Shown: one piece after another, positions 10,228-20,036 of the stretch
Position numbering within the stretch: position 1 is the first letter of the stretch
How the letters are laid out: each line of letters starts with the position of its first letter
Source of the DNA: a virus
IMG/VR virus record: IMGVR_UViG_3300023502_000001
Coordinates: 35,960 to 99,959 of that record
Length of the DNA: 64,000 nucleotides
Reading direction: 5' to 3' (one strand)
Made by a program: the position numbers and the translations under genes
Notes under the pieces: generated by a model
What the model was told of the DNA's origin: nothing
The model's input: only the letters and a program-made list of their open reading frames with translations
Databases searched by the model: none

Positions 10228-10612
10228 GAGAATTTACTCTCATGTTAGTTCCTAGTAATATTGCAATCTTTATCAAATCATCATAATTATCACAAATTAT
10301 ATTTTCTAGAATATAGTTTGCGTAATCCTTAATCTTAACTCTCTTACCTATAGCTCCGTATTTGTCATTTAACCATTTAATTTGAGGATTGAAATCCTCT
10401 AACCCATCGGATAAGTGTCTAAGAGCTTTCCTAATAGGAACTGGAAACCACATTTTCTCCCCTATCCAATCTAAATGACAATATCCAAAAGCAAAAGCTC
10501 TACTCAAATCTCTTTGAATAAACTCGTCTAACTCAAAGTTTCTCTCATGTCTGCCCATTTCCTCAAAATCGTCTCTTAAGTCTAGGCAAAATACTTCGTT
10601 AAACTCAATCAT
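10208..10612 (-). CDS. hypothetical protein
   Basis: 134-aa ORF. Confidence 0.55.
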   Translation of the reverse strand: MIEFNEVFCLDLRDDFEEMGRHERNFELDEFIQRDLSRAFAFGYCHLDWIGEKMWFPVPIRKALRHLSDGLEDFNPQIKWLNDKYGAIGKRVKIKDYANYILENIICDNYDDLIKIAILLGTNMRVNSRDGEIQ

Positions 10613-10994
10613 CGCTCCAAGATCCTATAATGCAGTCTAACTCTAGTATACCATATCTGTATATAGCCTTAAATGGTCCAGTAGCCATAAAAATCACAGG
10701 AGCTTTGCTAGTTTCCTTAACCTTCATAACACCCTTAAGTAACCTGCTAGCACAGTCTCTAAGTTCACTTATGTCAGGTATTTTATATATACTAGGTGCT
10801 ACAAACATCTTCCAGGAGGACTTATCTATACAATTCCCCTCATCGTCATAGCTTCTTTTGCTCTTTTCCCAATTCATAAATTCGCGAACTCTGTCGAAAT
10901 CAAAGTTCCTCATTATGTTCTCGTACTGAACATTTAGAGGAGGGGAATCACTGTAGTTGTTTGTTCTCTTCACTTTCATTTTTGTAACATTCAA
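10605..10994 (-). CDS. hypothetical protein
   Basis: 129-aa ORF. Confidence 0.55.
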   Translation of the reverse strand: MNVTKMKVKRTNNYSDSPPLNVQYENIMRNFDFDRVREFMNWEKSKRSYDDEGNCIDKSSWKMFVAPSIYKIPDISELRDCASRLLKGVMKVKETSKAPVIFMATGPFKAIYRYGILELDCIIGSWSDD

Positions 10995-11265
10995 TAAGAC
11001 GTTGCAGATTTGAGAGTCTGTCAGGTTTTACACTGACAATTAACCCTCCCTTCCGCAAATTATAACTTAGTTTAATTCCGCAATGACTTAAGACATCTAT
11101 GAAGTCTTTCAAAGCGTTTCCCTTTAAAACATTTCTGTAGACTAACTTCTGACCATCTTCATAACCTTTACGATAATATTCATTCGCAACATCAGAAATA
11201 AGCCATCGCTTAATAGGCGAAATCCTACTTAAGAGTTCATTGACTCTGGTTGCGATGAAATCCAT
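10948..11265 (-). CDS. hypothetical protein
   Basis: 105-aa ORF. Confidence 0.5.
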   Translation of the reverse strand: MDFIATRVNELLSRISPIKRWLISDVANEYYRKGYEDGQKLVYRNVLKGNALKDFIDVLSHCGIKLSYNLRKGGLIVSVKPDRLSNLQRLIECYKNESEENKQLQ

Positions 11266-11266
11266 A

Positions 11267-11428
11267 TTACTGATTGATTACGAGGCTATCAACGCCTACA
11301 GTATCTACACTTAATGTGTCCACAACTTCCTCAATGACTACAATAGAGTCATTCTCTGAGGTCTTAGTGTTTCCTGCACAAGCAGACATCAATGCAATCA
11401 TTCCGAAAAGCAATAGTACTTTCTTCAT
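11267..11428 (-). CDS. small lipoprotein
   Basis: hand-called 53-aa ORF MKKVLLLFGMIALMSAC... with lipobox; below ORF-track size cutoff. Confidence 0.4.
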   Translation of the reverse strand: MKKVLLLFGMIALMSACAGNTKTSENDSIVVIEEVVDTLSVDTVGVDSLVINQ

Positions 11429-11908
11429 TTCCATTAGTTTTTTAAAATTAATAACTTATCTATCAAAAAAAAGAGTGGTTCCAATATCTGTGCTTCACCA
11501 GATATTTTCCCCACTCCCAATACTCCGAAGAGCTTGTACCGTTATTAGGTTGGCCAACCTCCCTTTTCATCTTGTTGAGAATTTGGGATAATAGTCACCA
11601 AGTTTAAAGATTACTTGTAACTGAAGCAAAGCTGAAATCCCGTTAAGGACTTCGTAACTCCTCCAACAACGTGGTTGGCGAGCTATTTTAGTAGGAAGCT
11701 AACGCGCAGGCAAAGATAAAAGCAAAGTCTAAGACCTGACCGTACTAACAAAGACTAAGGCAAAGACTCTTATATATTATAAGAGTAATTTTTTTTTAAT
11801 TTTGCACAGTCAGCGAATGAGTTGTCAGAAATCCAGTGATTTCTAATAGCAATTATTTATATTCCTGTTAAGTATAAATTGTTAGCTTCCTACAGAAAAT
11901 CTTCTAAA

Positions 11909-12823
11909 TTACTTAGAAGAAGGATCGCCTTGTTTCTTAATCTCTTCGAAGATTCCTAGGAGATTCTTTGGCAAGGTAATTTTTAACTGTGAAATCCGCT
12001 CCTTTTCGGAGGTCTTCCAATTATTAAAGCGGCTTCTTAATTCTTGTATCTTAGAATTATATCTCTCATAATCAGCCTTAAATTCTGCAAGTCTTTCCTG
12101 ATATTCCTCTTCTCTAGTCATATCAATCTTATTTACAGTCTCTTTAAGTTCAGCTTTAAGAGCGTTTAATTCTTTCTCGTAGGAACGGTATATGTCTTGG
12201 AGAGACATAAACATATCATCTACCTTACTTACACTAATAGTAGGGTCTTGGTAATAGAGAATTAAATCTCTACCAGATCCTTCCTTATAGATAGGACAAT
12301 TCTCAGCGGCATGGACATCCTTTCTAGCCTTACTGAAAGCCCCTTTAGGATGGATATATTTACCATAAGTAGAAGCAAACGCTTCAAGTCTTAGATACTT
12401 GTTTCGCTTATTGCCGTCCCAAGAATCTATAACTTCCTTCTCTTCTGCTCTCCGCAGAGATTCCGGATACTCAGGTTGTTCGGGGATTTCTATGCCGTTT
12501 TCCTTAGCCCATTTCTCAATAGAAGTAGCGGCAAGATAAGAAATCATCTCCTCTTTCTTTTTGATAGCTTCTCGTACCCAAGCACAGAAACTATTCATTT
12601 CAGCACATTTTTCCAAATCGTTCTTAATGAAGCCTATGGAAGTTTGCCCTACAGTCATTAGCTGTTTTTCTCCACCTCCAATAGAGGCTACAGATACTTG
12701 GTAAAACTTCACACCATTTAGACGCTCTGTGGCAGCCTGAATCATTTCCTGCGCAATATTAGCATAATAGTTAGCAGATGTGGAAGTTAACCCTTCGTTT
12801 CCAAAAAATACACTTTCTTTCAT
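11909..12823 (-). CDS. hypothetical protein
   Basis: 304-aa ORF. Confidence 0.65.
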   Translation of the reverse strand: MKESVFFGNEGLTSTSANYYANIAQEMIQAATERLNGVKFYQVSVASIGGGEKQLMTVGQTSIGFIKNDLEKCAEMNSFCAWVREAIKKKEEMISYLAATSIEKWAKENGIEIPEQPEYPESLRRAEEKEVIDSWDGNKRNKYLRLEAFASTYGKYIHPKGAFSKARKDVHAAENCPIYKEGSGRDLILYYQDPTISVSKVDDMFMSLQDIYRSYEKELNALKAELKETVNKIDMTREEEYQERLAEFKADYERYNSKIQELRSRFNNWKTSEKERISQLKITLPKNLLGIFEEIKKQGDPSSK

Positions 12824-13000
12824 TTTGTTAATTTATCAATTACGTTTACTATAGACTGTTCTCCAGCTATAAAGCCAGACTTATGAGCATTTCTAATAAG
12901 TTTTTTCAAACTTTCTAGCTCTTCTTTTGATTTAAGAGTATTACTATTGTATATCTCTTCAAGTTCCTGTATATATCTTTCCATGACTAAAAATATTTAG

Positions 13001-13749
13001 TACCCGAAGTGGCATTACTCTGGAAGTATGCCGTACTTCCATATGTAGCCATAAGCATGGGTTATTTTATGATTGCAACAATCGGTGATATGTCTTTTGC
13101 AATTAACAGTTTTTGCTAGACCATTATCTACAAGCCATTGAGCTGCTTCTTCTCTTCCCCAGAAGTGCTATATATAATTGCCAGCCATATCAAATTGATC
13201 AATTTTCTTAGCAGACCCACCTCTGATTTTAATGTCATGAGCTTTCAATACTTTTCTTACAGTATCATCACTACATCCCACTTTCTCCGCAACTTTTTTG
13301 CAAGTATATCCCATATTGTACAGTTCGATTATCTCTTGATAATCATATAACTATGTTCCGTCACCACCCTTAGTAGCATTATAGCCTTTGGAGCCATAAG
13401 TTTCCAACTCTTTTATCCAATATACCTCTCTTTCTGAAAGTATGTTTTCGTCCTTTACATATTCTAATTCCTCTACTATAAAGTTTTCAACTCCATATTT
13501 ATTCATAGCATCATATAATGGACGTTTTTCACATCTTTCTTTTCGAGAATCCTTGCAGTGTTCCTAAAATCTTTCCTATATAGTAAAGAGGGTTTTACCA
13601 ACGTATCTTTTATTGTTGATAATATTTGTAATGCAATAGATATATCCCATATCATAAACTATTTATAACATTATTAATAATTGATTGAATTAGCTTTACC
13701 CAAAACACACCACGTGGAGGTTTCAATCTTGTGTTTCTACCCGAAGTGG
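13001..13749 (-). mobile_element. GIY-YIG homing-endonuclease cassette flanked by 12-nt direct repeats (tacccgaagtgg) derived from a tRNA 3' end
   Basis: direct repeats at 13001-13012 and 13738-13749; a 3'-fragment of a tRNA (T-arm GTGGGTTCGAGTCCCAC plus acceptor) at about 13735-13790; motif cacaccacgtggaggtt shared with the second cassette. Confidence 0.5.
13015..13650 (-). CDS. GIY-YIG homing endonuclease (TAG-recoded)
   Basis: hand translation of minus strand gives MGYIYCITNIINNKRYVGKT...KRFQEH...NKYG (GIY-YIG motifs), 211 aa, with 4 in-frame TAG codons. Paralogous to 25854..26429; invisible to standard-code ORF calling. Confidence 0.7.
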
Positions 13750-13791
13750 GACTCGAACCCACACGCCCGCAATGGGCATCAAATACATCTG

Positions 13792-13876
13792 TGACACAGA
13801 AGGGAATCGAACCCTCAATCCCATAAAGGGCAACGCATTTTAAGTGCGTTTCGTATACCAGTTCCGACACTGTGCC
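13792..13876 (-). tRNA. tRNA-Leu(TAA)
   Basis: hand fold: acceptor GGCACAG/CTGTGTC, anticodon stem ACGCA/TGCGT, loop CTTAAAA, long variable arm, T-loop GGTTCGATTCC. Confidence 0.65.
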
Positions 13877-13882
13877 ATCCTA

Positions 13883-14377
13883 TTATTTACCTATGTTCTT
13901 GCCACGGTAGTTATCAGTAAAAGCATGACAATTTGGACAGAGTAGTTGTAAATTCTCTATTCTCAAATCATCCTTAATACCATTTACATGATGTAATTCT
14001 AGAGCAATAGGTTTACCCATCCACTCTGTATTACCACAACATTCACATTTGTACTCTTTCACACATTCCTTTAACAATCTGTCTTTTAAATGATAGGTAC
14101 TTCTATAGGAAGAGTGCTCTATTAAAATAGATTCTAACGATTGTGCTTCCTTTATAGGTTTATATCTATCTCCTTGATTCCAAGCTTGTCCAGTCATGTG
14201 AGATGTATCTAAGTTAAGTTCACTAATCTTACGCTTTACAGTTTCATAGTTACTGCCAGCAGGTTTAAGTCCTAACTTTCTCATTACTTCTGCATGAGAT
14301 AGGCTAGTCTTTACTGCTTCAATGAATTGTTCGTCTGTCCATTTTCTCTTACTCATCCTTGTATATTTAATACACAA
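13883..14377 (-). CDS. HNH endonuclease
   Basis: 164 aa; C-terminal HNH motif ...LELHHVNGIKDD...LCPNCH. Confidence 0.7.
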   Translation of the reverse strand: MCIKYTRMSKRKWTDEQFIEAVKTSLSHAEVMRKLGLKPAGSNYETVKRKISELNLDTSHMTGQAWNQGDRYKPIKEAQSLESILIEHSSYRSTYHLKDRLLKECVKEYKCECCGNTEWMGKPIALELHHVNGIKDDLRIENLQLLCPNCHAFTDNYRGKNIGK

Positions 14378-14575
14378 AGATAGTAATTAAATTTGAGTCT
14401 ACCTAATTCATTAAGTTAAAATTTGTGAACGCCTGACGCGTCTACCAATTTCGCCATTCGGGCATAATGACAGCTATTCTCACGAACCACTGTCGAGAAT
14501 AATCCTAATTATTTATTTCTTACTAGATTAGTCTCTAAATTGTTAAATTCAAAGTTAAAATCCGTTAAGAAATGT

Positions 14576-14974
14576 TTATCTAGTTCGAACCACATTATAA
14601 ACCCAAGATATATCGGCATAATCTACATAGATTTGGGAATTTCCATTATTCTCAACTCTAAGTCTTAGAAATCCTTTATCATAGTCCTGGTCTAGGACTC
14701 TAAACTTCACCTGAGTTCCATTAGAATCATAGGGAGACTTGACTTGCTCTAAAACTTTGTATATTTGAGTTTCTTGGCTGTAAATTATAATTAGGTCATT
14801 GGATAGGTCAAATTTTATATTTATATCAACTGATTCCCAATCAGACCATTTTGTCCAACGCCCATTATCAACTACTCTTACAGCAAACTCGGTAGCCTTA
14901 AACCATTGGGTTTGAGCTTGGACTGCTCCTACACAGAACAGCCCAAACATAATTACAATAAGAATCCGTTTCAT
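14576..14974 (-). CDS. secreted hypothetical protein
   Basis: 132 aa; signal peptide MKRILIVIMFGLFCVGAVQA. Confidence 0.55.
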   Translation of the reverse strand: MKRILIVIMFGLFCVGAVQAQTQWFKATEFAVRVVDNGRWTKWSDWESVDINIKFDLSNDLIIIYSQETQIYKVLEQVKSPYDSNGTQVKFRVLDQDYDKGFLRLRVENNGNSQIYVDYADISWVYNVVRTR

Positions 14975-15345
14975 CCCAATTCAGCGAGGCGCTGTCTCAG
15001 TTCCTCCTCTGACAAGTTCTCCAACTTCTCAGATTGCTTCTTATCTAACAGATCCAGCAATTTAGCCTTCTCAGCAGCCTTTTGCTTGGCCTGGTCTCTG
15101 TCTGCCTTTTCTTTCAACTTGTCAGTAATGATGTCTTTCACAATGTTGAACTTTAATTCAAGTTCATCATTCTTAGGTGAATCATTACTAATAAAAGATT
15201 TTCTAGGACTCTTAGCTAGTTCTTCGTCATAGGAGACAGCTAATTTATCCAACACTGGCAGGCTCAAGTCCCACAAATCTTCAACACTCAGATTACCTTT
15301 ACTAGTTGCAAAGCGCAACTTCATTCTTGATGCTTGTTTAAACAT
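14971..15345 (-). CDS. hypothetical protein
   Basis: 124-aa ORF. Confidence 0.5.
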   Translation of the reverse strand: MFKQASRMKLRFATSKGNLSVEDLWDLSLPVLDKLAVSYDEELAKSPRKSFISNDSPKNDELELKFNIVKDIITDKLKEKADRDQAKQKAAEKAKLLDLLDKKQSEKLENLSEEELRQRLAELG

Positions 15346-15347
15346 AG

Positions 15348-17363
15348 TTAGAAAATGATTTTAAATGATTTATTATCTACTTTTACAATAACGTCGTTAC
15401 GAGATGTTGAAGAGAACCCAAGTCCACTTAACTGCTCGTCACTATATTCAGTTTTAGCCCTAGCTCCCAGAGCTTCAAATACTCTCTTATGGTCTCTCTC
15501 AAGGTCAGCTCTTAAGTACTCATTAAAGAACCCTCGAACCGGCTCAGGATTCTTACATCCATCAACCATAAAGAATAGGTGCTTATTACCTACAGAGTTT
15601 CCTTCCCAGTGGTTAGGAGAGAACATTATACAAGAAACCTTTTGGAATTTCATAGTATCTATTCCCCACTCGTTTACCGATTTGAAAGATGTAGTCCCTT
15701 CTGGAATAGAAGGAGTTAGGCTAATGTTGCCTTGTCTGTCTACTTCAATACGAGCAACATCAACGTAGTCACCGTGCGGAATCATCTTGCTATAATTAAA
15801 CTTATGGATCTCTCCGTTGATTTCAATTTCCATCTCGAAGCCTACGTCTATACTTTCTCTTCTAGCGAAGTTATGAACACGTACCCTATAGCTCCCAGTT
15901 CTTATTCTAGATGGGTCTGTCCAGATAATATTCTCAACAGCATCTCTAGTTTTACCACTTCCAGCATTCATGTCTACGTCTAGAACGCCACCACTGTACC
16001 CGTTCTTATGTCCAAAATAAATTTCACTACCACCAGGCTCAGTTACATGAAGATCCAAATCGTCGTAGTTAAACCAGTGTAGAGAACATCTTAGGAATCC
16101 ATTAACATTACCTCCTGCTGCTTTAACCTTTTCTTTGAATGAATCAGCTACAGAACCGTTGTAAACCCAAGCAAAGTTATTGTTCCACTTAAACAACTGA
16201 TTAGCGTCTGGATTCTCAGGAGCAGTTAAAGTAACAAAGTTAGGAATGTGCCTATTCTCTACCAAGATAGAGACATCCTTTGCTCCTGGCAATATATCAG
16301 TTACAAACTTCTGAGCGGATACTTCAGTAGCTTTAGTAAATTCCTTCGGGTTTACCATAGCAGTCTCCGTAAGAGCGTCAAACATTCCGCCTTTCATTCT
16401 AGCACGAGTATCTCTATTTACGAATAATACATCGTTTACAGAAATATCTTCTACATGTGCATGACGTCTAGGAAGGGCATCAGTTAGTCCAAGTTCCTCA
16501 ACTTTCTTTTGGGCGGCTTCTATTTGCTTCTTGGTAATAAGAGCAGTAGGTCTCTTGTAGTTAGCAGGAGCCATGATATTCTCATATGCTCTTACAGCCC
16601 TTTCCAGTTCTACTCCATTGCTTAGGTCAATCAGTAGAGTTCCCATAGCTGTATTTCTAATCTTAGCTATTGGAGATTTGAAGTTAAACCAACAATAGTT
16701 AGTGCGAACCTCTGGTGAGAGATTATCGGCCTCAAGCATAGTTCTTCTGAACTCTTGCAGAGTCTTTAGGAACTCCTCTCCGCGATAGAGATTATTATCC
16801 TCTATCAACTCAATTACGGTTTCTACCGCACTTAGTTTAAGCTCGGAAAGAGAGCGTTCAAAGACACCAGCTCTAGCTCTAACATCTCCGCGATAACCTG
16901 CGGCAGAATCGAAATGATGTACTCTCTTGTTGAATTTAAACTTGTTAGGAATAGTCACGTACAAGTGAGTCCAAGTTCTAGTAGTTCCATCAGGAAGAAG
17001 TTGCACATTATGGTCACAACCGTGAAACTCATTAACATCCTGAATGAATATATCTCCTATTCCAGCTTCCTTAACGAGCTTAGCTAAATCAGATGCGGTC
17101 TTTTCATAGCCAGGAGTGTGAACATCATCCCAGAAGGTTTTCACCTTGTAGGTTTGAGGGTCTATAGCGACTACCTTACCATAGTGACGTATGAAAGACT
17201 TACAAGCATTACAATTGTGATCTTGCCGAATTGTTTCGTCCTCAAAGGAGAGAAGATAACTCATCCACAAAAGGTCTTTGTCTACATTAACTACAAATAA
17301 ATTATCTGCAATCATAGCATTGAAAGCAGACTCTACATCTTTCTTGAAATCTTTAAAATTCAT
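15348..17363 (-). CDS. large hypothetical protein
   Basis: 671-aa uninterrupted ORF. Confidence 0.75.
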   Translation of the reverse strand: MNFKDFKKDVESAFNAMIADNLFVVNVDKDLLWMSYLLSFEDETIRQDHNCNACKSFIRHYGKVVAIDPQTYKVKTFWDDVHTPGYEKTASDLAKLVKEAGIGDIFIQDVNEFHGCDHNVQLLPDGTTRTWTHLYVTIPNKFKFNKRVHHFDSAAGYRGDVRARAGVFERSLSELKLSAVETVIELIEDNNLYRGEEFLKTLQEFRRTMLEADNLSPEVRTNYCWFNFKSPIAKIRNTAMGTLLIDLSNGVELERAVRAYENIMAPANYKRPTALITKKQIEAAQKKVEELGLTDALPRRHAHVEDISVNDVLFVNRDTRARMKGGMFDALTETAMVNPKEFTKATEVSAQKFVTDILPGAKDVSILVENRHIPNFVTLTAPENPDANQLFKWNNNFAWVYNGSVADSFKEKVKAAGGNVNGFLRCSLHWFNYDDLDLHVTEPGGSEIYFGHKNGYSGGVLDVDMNAGSGKTRDAVENIIWTDPSRIRTGSYRVRVHNFARRESIDVGFEMEIEINGEIHKFNYSKMIPHGDYVDVARIEVDRQGNISLTPSIPEGTTSFKSVNEWGIDTMKFQKVSCIMFSPNHWEGNSVGNKHLFFMVDGCKNPEPVRGFFNEYLRADLERDHKRVFEALGARAKTEYSDEQLSGLGFSSTSRNDVIVKVDNKSFKIIF

Positions 17364-17444
17364 AATCTTTATTCGTTAAATATTTGATTGCATAATATAA
17401 TAGTTAGACCAGTCATAACTGCGGTCTCAAAACCCATTACTTCC

Positions 17445-17711
17445 CTAGTTACTAATAGTATTGTTCCCATCAGAACTATTACTAGTAATCTTACTAATTC
17501 CTTTTTCCACCATTTCATGCTCTAGCTTCTTCAAAGTTTCTACACTCTCCTCATTGAACTTATCCACTCCCAGCTCACTAATCTTATATATAATAAGAAT
17601 TTGGTGAAATCTTAGATAAGGATATTGGTCAATGATTTGACTTAATCTAGTTAATATCTTGAAATTAGCTTTCTTTCTAAATTTGATAGCTTCTTCAATT
17701 TGAGCTTCCAT
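17445..17711 (-). CDS. hypothetical protein
   Basis: 88-aa ORF. Confidence 0.45.
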   Translation of the reverse strand: MEAQIEEAIKFRKKANFKILTRLSQIIDQYPYLRFHQILIIYKISELGVDKFNEESVETLKKLEHEMVEKGISKITSNSSDGNNTISN

Positions 17712-18189
17712 ATTTATTAAGTATATCTAATTCCAATTCCTTAACTTTACTTTCATACAAGGAATCCTCAGCGTAGCCAATTCTGTCTAGGAATTTGTAA
17801 TAATCCTCTTCTGGGTTATACTTACTAAGGATAAATTGCTTATAAGCGAACACGCAGCTTATCCAACTATCGAACTTGAAGTAAGACATTGTTCTGGAAT
17901 TATACAATCCGAACAGATTGTTATTGTCCTTACAAAGTTTCGATTTAAAATTGCCAGATTCCAGAACAGCCTGAGCTGTTATAATTGCTGGATTTGGAAA
18001 ATCGTAATGCTTCAAAGTATTGTACAATACTTCTTCGTTTACTTCATCCAATAAGTAGAATGGATGCTCTGGCAGCAATACCATTTCCTCCTGTTTCTGA
18101 TTGAAATGTATCAGATGATGCAAAGAATAACCAGTTGCAAATCCGGATACAATACTAATCATAAGGATAATTAAAACTTTCTTTTTCAT
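17695..18189 (-). CDS. peptidoglycan hydrolase, glucosaminidase (FlgJ-like) domain
   Basis: 164 aa; N-terminal TM/signal; motif AQAVLESGNFKS...NNLFGL resembles mannosyl-glycoprotein endo-beta-N-acetylglucosaminidase. Confidence 0.55.
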   Translation of the reverse strand: MKKKVLIILMISIVSGFATGYSLHHLIHFNQKQEEMVLLPEHPFYLLDEVNEEVLYNTLKHYDFPNPAIITAQAVLESGNFKSKLCKDNNNLFGLYNSRTMSYFKFDSWISCVFAYKQFILSKYNPEEDYYKFLDRIGYAEDSLYESKVKELELDILNKYGSSN

Positions 18190-18343
18190 AAAACTTCTTC
18201 TTCTATTAATCTAATATCCCAGTAATTTTGAGTTACCGCCCATTCTATAGCGTCTTTCTTCTCTAGAAAAAGAGGAGAGATCTTCTCATAGTTTATAGGG
18301 ACTTGCCCGTCATATGCCGTGGGAATTGAAATATAATATACTT

Positions 18344-18646
18344 TCATATCTCAATTGAATTAATAAATCTCGCATCATTAGCTAATTGATATACAGTAGT
18401 ATTTAGCTCTGGCACATAGACTATATAGTAGTAATCAAAGAATTGATTATTATCCTCAAATCCTATGATTACTCCTTTTCGTCCTCCATCTACAATGCAG
18501 TCTCTATACATATATTTTGCAATATCTTGACGGATTCCGTCATGATTTATTACAGCCTGCAATGCAGAAAGTCCGTAGTAAGATGTATTTACACCCCTTA
18601 TCTCATGTCCAAGCAAATCTTTATCAAAAGGAGAACTTACTATCAT
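18344..18646 (-). CDS. hypothetical protein
   Basis: 100-aa ORF. Confidence 0.5.
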   Translation of the reverse strand: MIVSSPFDKDLLGHEIRGVNTSYYGLSALQAVINHDGIRQDIAKYMYRDCIVDGGRKGVIIGFEDNNQFFDYYYIVYVPELNTTVYQLANDARFINSIEI

Positions 18647-18966
18647 AACAATACTTTAGTTAGGTCCTCTACAGTTAGATTAGCTATCTTCGATAATTCA
18701 CAGATTTGGTTTGAGAAATCTAGCCTTGTTTTAAGTTCTAAATCCCTCCATTGCCGTACCTCCTCTCGACTCTTTCTAAGTTCTTCTTGTAAGTAGGATA
18801 TAGCCGCCCTTGCTGACTTTAATTGCTCTGTAGAACAAACGACAAAGTGCTTAGCTCCCTTCTTATTTGTAGAAGGAAGAGCGGCCTCAGCCTCTTCAAT
18901 ACTATCGAACTGTCCTAAGATAAAAGGAATATTATTACATTCCTTAATTAAATAGTACTTACTCAT
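18643..18966 (-). CDS. hypothetical protein
   Basis: 107-aa ORF. Confidence 0.5.
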   Translation of the reverse strand: MSKYYLIKECNNIPFILGQFDSIEEAEAALPSTNKKGAKHFVVCSTEQLKSARAAISYLQEELRKSREEVRQWRDLELKTRLDFSNQICELSKIANLTVEDLTKVLL

Positions 18967-19183
18967 CTTTAATTCCTAGATAATCCTTTAATAATTGAAT
19001 GTTTCCTTCTCTCAAATGCCGAATAAAAGCCTCCCTTTCTCTCTCAAATAGCAGAATTTTACTCTCTAACAGGTCTATTCGTCTTTGTTGATTTTCCTCG
19101 TATTCTTCAATAGCGTCAGAAATTGCTTTAAGTATAGAAGATTCCTTCATAGCGCTACTCATTGTAGAACTCTTCGTCCCCAT
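18959..19183 (-). CDS. hypothetical protein
   Basis: 74-aa ORF. Confidence 0.45.
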   Translation of the reverse strand: MGTKSSTMSSAMKESSILKAISDAIEEYEENQQRRIDLLESKILLFEREREAFIRHLREGNIQLLKDYLGIKDE

Positions 19184-19580
19184 TATCGTCGCCTATAGGA
19201 TTCTCCCATCCATACTTTACAGCAGTAGCCTTAAACAAAGGCAACCCATACATAGCATAATTCTCTTCAGGATAATTCTCTAAGCCCTCTTCTAGAACTT
19301 GATTCCACCTTAGTACCACGTAGAACATTAGGCTAGCTGAAATGCCTCTCTGGTCTAGAGCCTTCTCAAAACCAAACTCCACGTCAGACTTAAGTTGCTC
19401 TAGGATATTCTCTCTAGTCCATTCCTTAGGCTCTGGATAAGGCTCATCACCATCGTACTTGAAGCCTATTTTTTCTAACTGCTCTTCTGTTAAAAACTTT
19501 GCTAATCTAGAACCGAAACGGTCATCGAGAACTACGGCATAGTCTTTGTAATTGTCTAAAATCTCATTTAACGTTTTCAT
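19155..19580 (-). CDS. hypothetical acidic protein
   Basis: 141-aa ORF. Confidence 0.55.
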   Translation of the reverse strand: MKTLNEILDNYKDYAVVLDDRFGSRLAKFLTEEQLEKIGFKYDGDEPYPEPKEWTRENILEQLKSDVEFGFEKALDQRGISASLMFYVVLRWNQVLEEGLENYPEENYAMYGLPLFKATAVKYGWENPIGDDNGDEEFYNE

Positions 19581-19583
19581 TTT

Positions 19584-19904
19584 TTACATATCTTTTAGGT
19601 AAATATTTTGAGGATATTCCCCGAATACTGATAGAGTTACAGCACAAATCCATACCCTGTCATTGTAATTCTTACTTTTGCATAAGTAAGTTGCTCCACA
19701 TTCATCCTCCTCAATTTTAGACAACGTTATCTTAGCTGCAGCTGGGTCAACCATCTGCAATCTAACAAACTTATTATCTAGAGAATCAAGAAGTTCATCT
19801 GCACCACCAACCATTGCTAGTTCCTCTGGTGTTCCGTCATAATCTGGCCACCAATAGAACCAGACTCCTCCAACCTTTACAAACTCAAATGTTTTTCTCA
19901 TCAA
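19584..19904 (-). CDS. hypothetical protein
   Basis: 106-aa ORF. Confidence 0.5.
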   Translation of the reverse strand: MMRKTFEFVKVGGVWFYWWPDYDGTPEELAMVGGADELLDSLDNKFVRLQMVDPAAAKITLSKIEEDECGATYLCKSKNYNDRVWICAVTLSVFGEYPQNIYLKDM

Positions 19905-19920
19905 TTATTAATTATATTAA

Positions 19921-19957
19921 ACAAAAAATACCCCAACAACTTTCGCTGCTGGGGTAC
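19921..19957 (-). terminator. rho-independent terminator-like hairpin
   Basis: minus-strand sense GTACCCCAGCAGCGAAAGTTGTTGGGGTA followed by TATTTTTTTGT, immediately after tRNA-Glu. Confidence 0.45.
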
Positions 19958-19961
19958 ATAG

Positions 19962-20033
19962 TAACGCCAACGGGATTCGAACCCGTATGGCAGGCGTGAA
20001 AAGCCTAAATCCTAACCATTAGATGATGGCGCT
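19962..20033 (-). tRNA. tRNA-Glu(TTC)
   Basis: hand fold: acceptor AGCGCCA/TGGCGTT, anticodon stem TAGGC/GCCTG, loop TTTTCAC. Confidence 0.6.
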
Positions 20034-20036
20034 ATC

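Noticed and set aside
11274-11591. Plus-strand ORF 11274..11591 in the minus-strand block
   Set aside because: Opposite to all neighbours, Ser/Thr-rich low-complexity translation, and overlaps a plausible minus-strand lipoprotein gene; likely spurious.
13652-13870. Track ORFs overlapping tRNA genes (13652..13870-, 19814..19999+, 23957..24208+, 37935..38120-, N-terminus of 28344..28589-)
   Set aside because: They are read across structured tRNA sequence, on the wrong strand or with no independent support, and are treated as spurious or trimmed.
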